DNA of 64,000 nucleotides from Magallana gigas. Lineage: Eukaryota. The stretch is taken from assembly GCF_963853765.1 (NCBI RefSeq), contig NC_088858.1, positions 55,552,001-55,616,000 on the forward strand, given 5' to 3'. This document shows, in pieces, positions 62,174 to 64,000 of this stretch. The number at the start of each line of letters is the position of its first letter. Positions within the stretch are counted from its first letter, which is position 1. A model generated the notes under the pieces. The model saw only the letters and a program-made list of their open reading frames with translations, searched no databases and was not told where the DNA came from. The translations under genes were made by a program, and so were the position numbers.

Positions 62174-63247
62174 GTAAAGCTCACCTGTCAGGTAACGTCT
62201 CACCTGTCAGGTAAAGCCTTGCACCCAGCACTGGTCATTCTTCGCTTCTATTGCAGTCTCTCTCATTCCAACTGTACAGCAACCATTCGTAGATTTTTTT
62301 TTTTTTTTTAGAAATATTCTGTTAAAACTGCTGCTATAGGGAGATCTTTTACATGCCTTTAGATTTTACTTGTAGAAGACAATTAGTTGGTGATTATAAG
62401 TGGTATAATATATTTATAAAGTAGATTGGAATTTGATTTCTCTTAACATTATTAAATATATTAAACATTTGCACTCCTTGGTTATTTTGATATAATTAAC
62501 AAAAGTTTTTTTTGGCGGAAAACAGGAGCAAACAGAAAACCAAGTTTCATTTTTCAAATTCCCATAGAACACTTGATATAGTAAAAAATTTCATGTAAAC
62601 TCTGTCCATCCTGCTACACACACACTCGAGTAGTCCCTCTCTGAGCACTCACTCCCCCTGTGTGGCCCCGCCCCTGCCTAGGTAAGTATCTGGTCTCTGA
62701 TTGGCTCTAACATCGATGTTGTATTGCACACCTCTAGTCCATCAGATGGCTGGCCATTATAAACTGTTACTATGCAGTCTGCTGTTTATCTTCTTATTTA
62801 ATTTTGTAATCTTTGATCATGCTTATTGTGAAAGATAATCCCACACAGTTTTTAACATTTCATTATGAAAACTGTTGACTTTTAAAATTTTAAAATTCTG
62901 ATGGAGAGATCCAGTTATAACTTTTTACTATAAATAGGAATTTTGTTTACTTATATTTTATGATTTCTTAACAATGAACTTTTAATTCTGTGAATTTTAT
63001 TTACTAGAATATATCTTTTGATTTCAAAATTTAGCTCAATTTTTCATACCATATTTTGTAACTTGTAAATTTTTTGCCTTAATAAAAAAAGAAGTTGGTG
63101 AAAGATTTAGGAGCATGTTGACCGGTTGTCATAGTAACAGCTGGTCCCTTATAGTTTACCAGAGTTGTGTGTTTTTGCATTATGACATTCTGTGTTGCAT
63201 TCTGCATGAGATTGACCTATTGGCATGTGTCTGTGTGTGAATTACAG

Positions 63248-63330
63248 ATGACTTAGAACAGGAAAGGAAACACAAGCTGGAACTACAAGCTGAGATGGAG
63301 GCCACGCTCCAGGATCTGAGTAACTTGTAG
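63248..63330 (+). CDS. TPM: Tropomyosin alternative last exon 9a (D-DLEQERKHKLELQAEMEATLQDLSNL*)
   Basis: attacag acceptor, phase 1, 26 codons then TAG, giving the standard 284-aa length with exons 1a+2; resembles cytoplasmic-type C-termini. Confidence 0.87.
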
Positions 63331-63949
63331 AACCAGGGCTAGTTTTAGATGATCTACACAATTTTTGTACAGGTTTGAAACACCTACATATTCATATAAC
63401 ATGGTCAAATATGTACTAATTGCATTTGCATGGAGTTTTTGCATCAGTTGTGTTTAATTGTACTATTTGTATGAAGTCTTCGTCTTCAGAACATACTTTG
63501 TTATTATATGTTCTATATAGAATTAATACTATAAAGGGGCAACACTTTACTTTTGAAGGGTTATATTTCTTATTGGAAAGGCTATGTATTAAAATGCTAG
63601 GAGTTTGTTATGGTGGGGTGTTGGGAGATGTAAAAGACCGACAGTTTAATGGATATGAACGCAGTTGTTCGGTATGATAGGTTGGTGGATATGAATGTGA
63701 GGATAGTAAATCATAAATAATTCACAGTAAAGATAGAAGAGTTTGATTCACTATTTAGTGAAAAGGATGGTGAATATAAATTAGTGGTTAGAGGTGAGGT
63801 AAGGAATTGGTTATAATGGGGTGGTGGATATAAACAGCGGTAATGATAGTCGAGTTCGACACTATTGTTATAAAAATTCATAATAGTGAGGTTTGACTAG
63901 GTCTCTTAAGCCAAGGACTCAAACTAACCCATTCTCTCCTGTGTTTCAG

Positions 63950-64000
63950 ATGAACTGCTTGCAGAAAAGGAGCGATACAAAGCCATTAGTGACGAGCTGG
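63950..64000 (+). CDS. TPM: Tropomyosin last exon 9b, partial (D-ELLAEKERYKAISDEL...), cut by the window end
   Basis: gtttcag acceptor; canonical muscle-type C-terminus of Cra g 1. Confidence 0.95.
   Translation, partial: MNCLQKRSDTKPLVTSW

Overview
AT-rich bivalve genomic DNA, almost certainly Pacific oyster (Magallana/Crassostrea gigas or a very close relative): the tropomyosin exons spell the Cra g 1 protein as I remember it. The left half (1-32.4 kb) holds three intact minus-strand paralogs encoding cGAS-like receptors (Mab-21/cGLR nucleotidyltransferase with a C-terminal TPR-like region). Each is encoded by one large coding exon. They are separated by TE-rich spacers containing nested MITEs, palindromic elements, a Kolobok-type element, a Gypsy remnant and a 140-N gap. 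The right half (45.7-64 kb) is a plus-strand tropomyosin gene, cut off by the window end, with unusually rich alternative splicing: 3 N-termini, 4 versions of exon 4, 2 of exon 5, 3 of exon 6, 2 of exon 8 and at least 2 last exons. The two most notable leads are (i) a 202-codon disordered, Ser/Lys-rich alternative first exon that, with a read-through of exon 4d, resembles the atypical Drosophila Tm1-I/C isoform, and (ii) the cGLR-TPR tandem array. All coordinates and counts were made by eye; no database searches were run.
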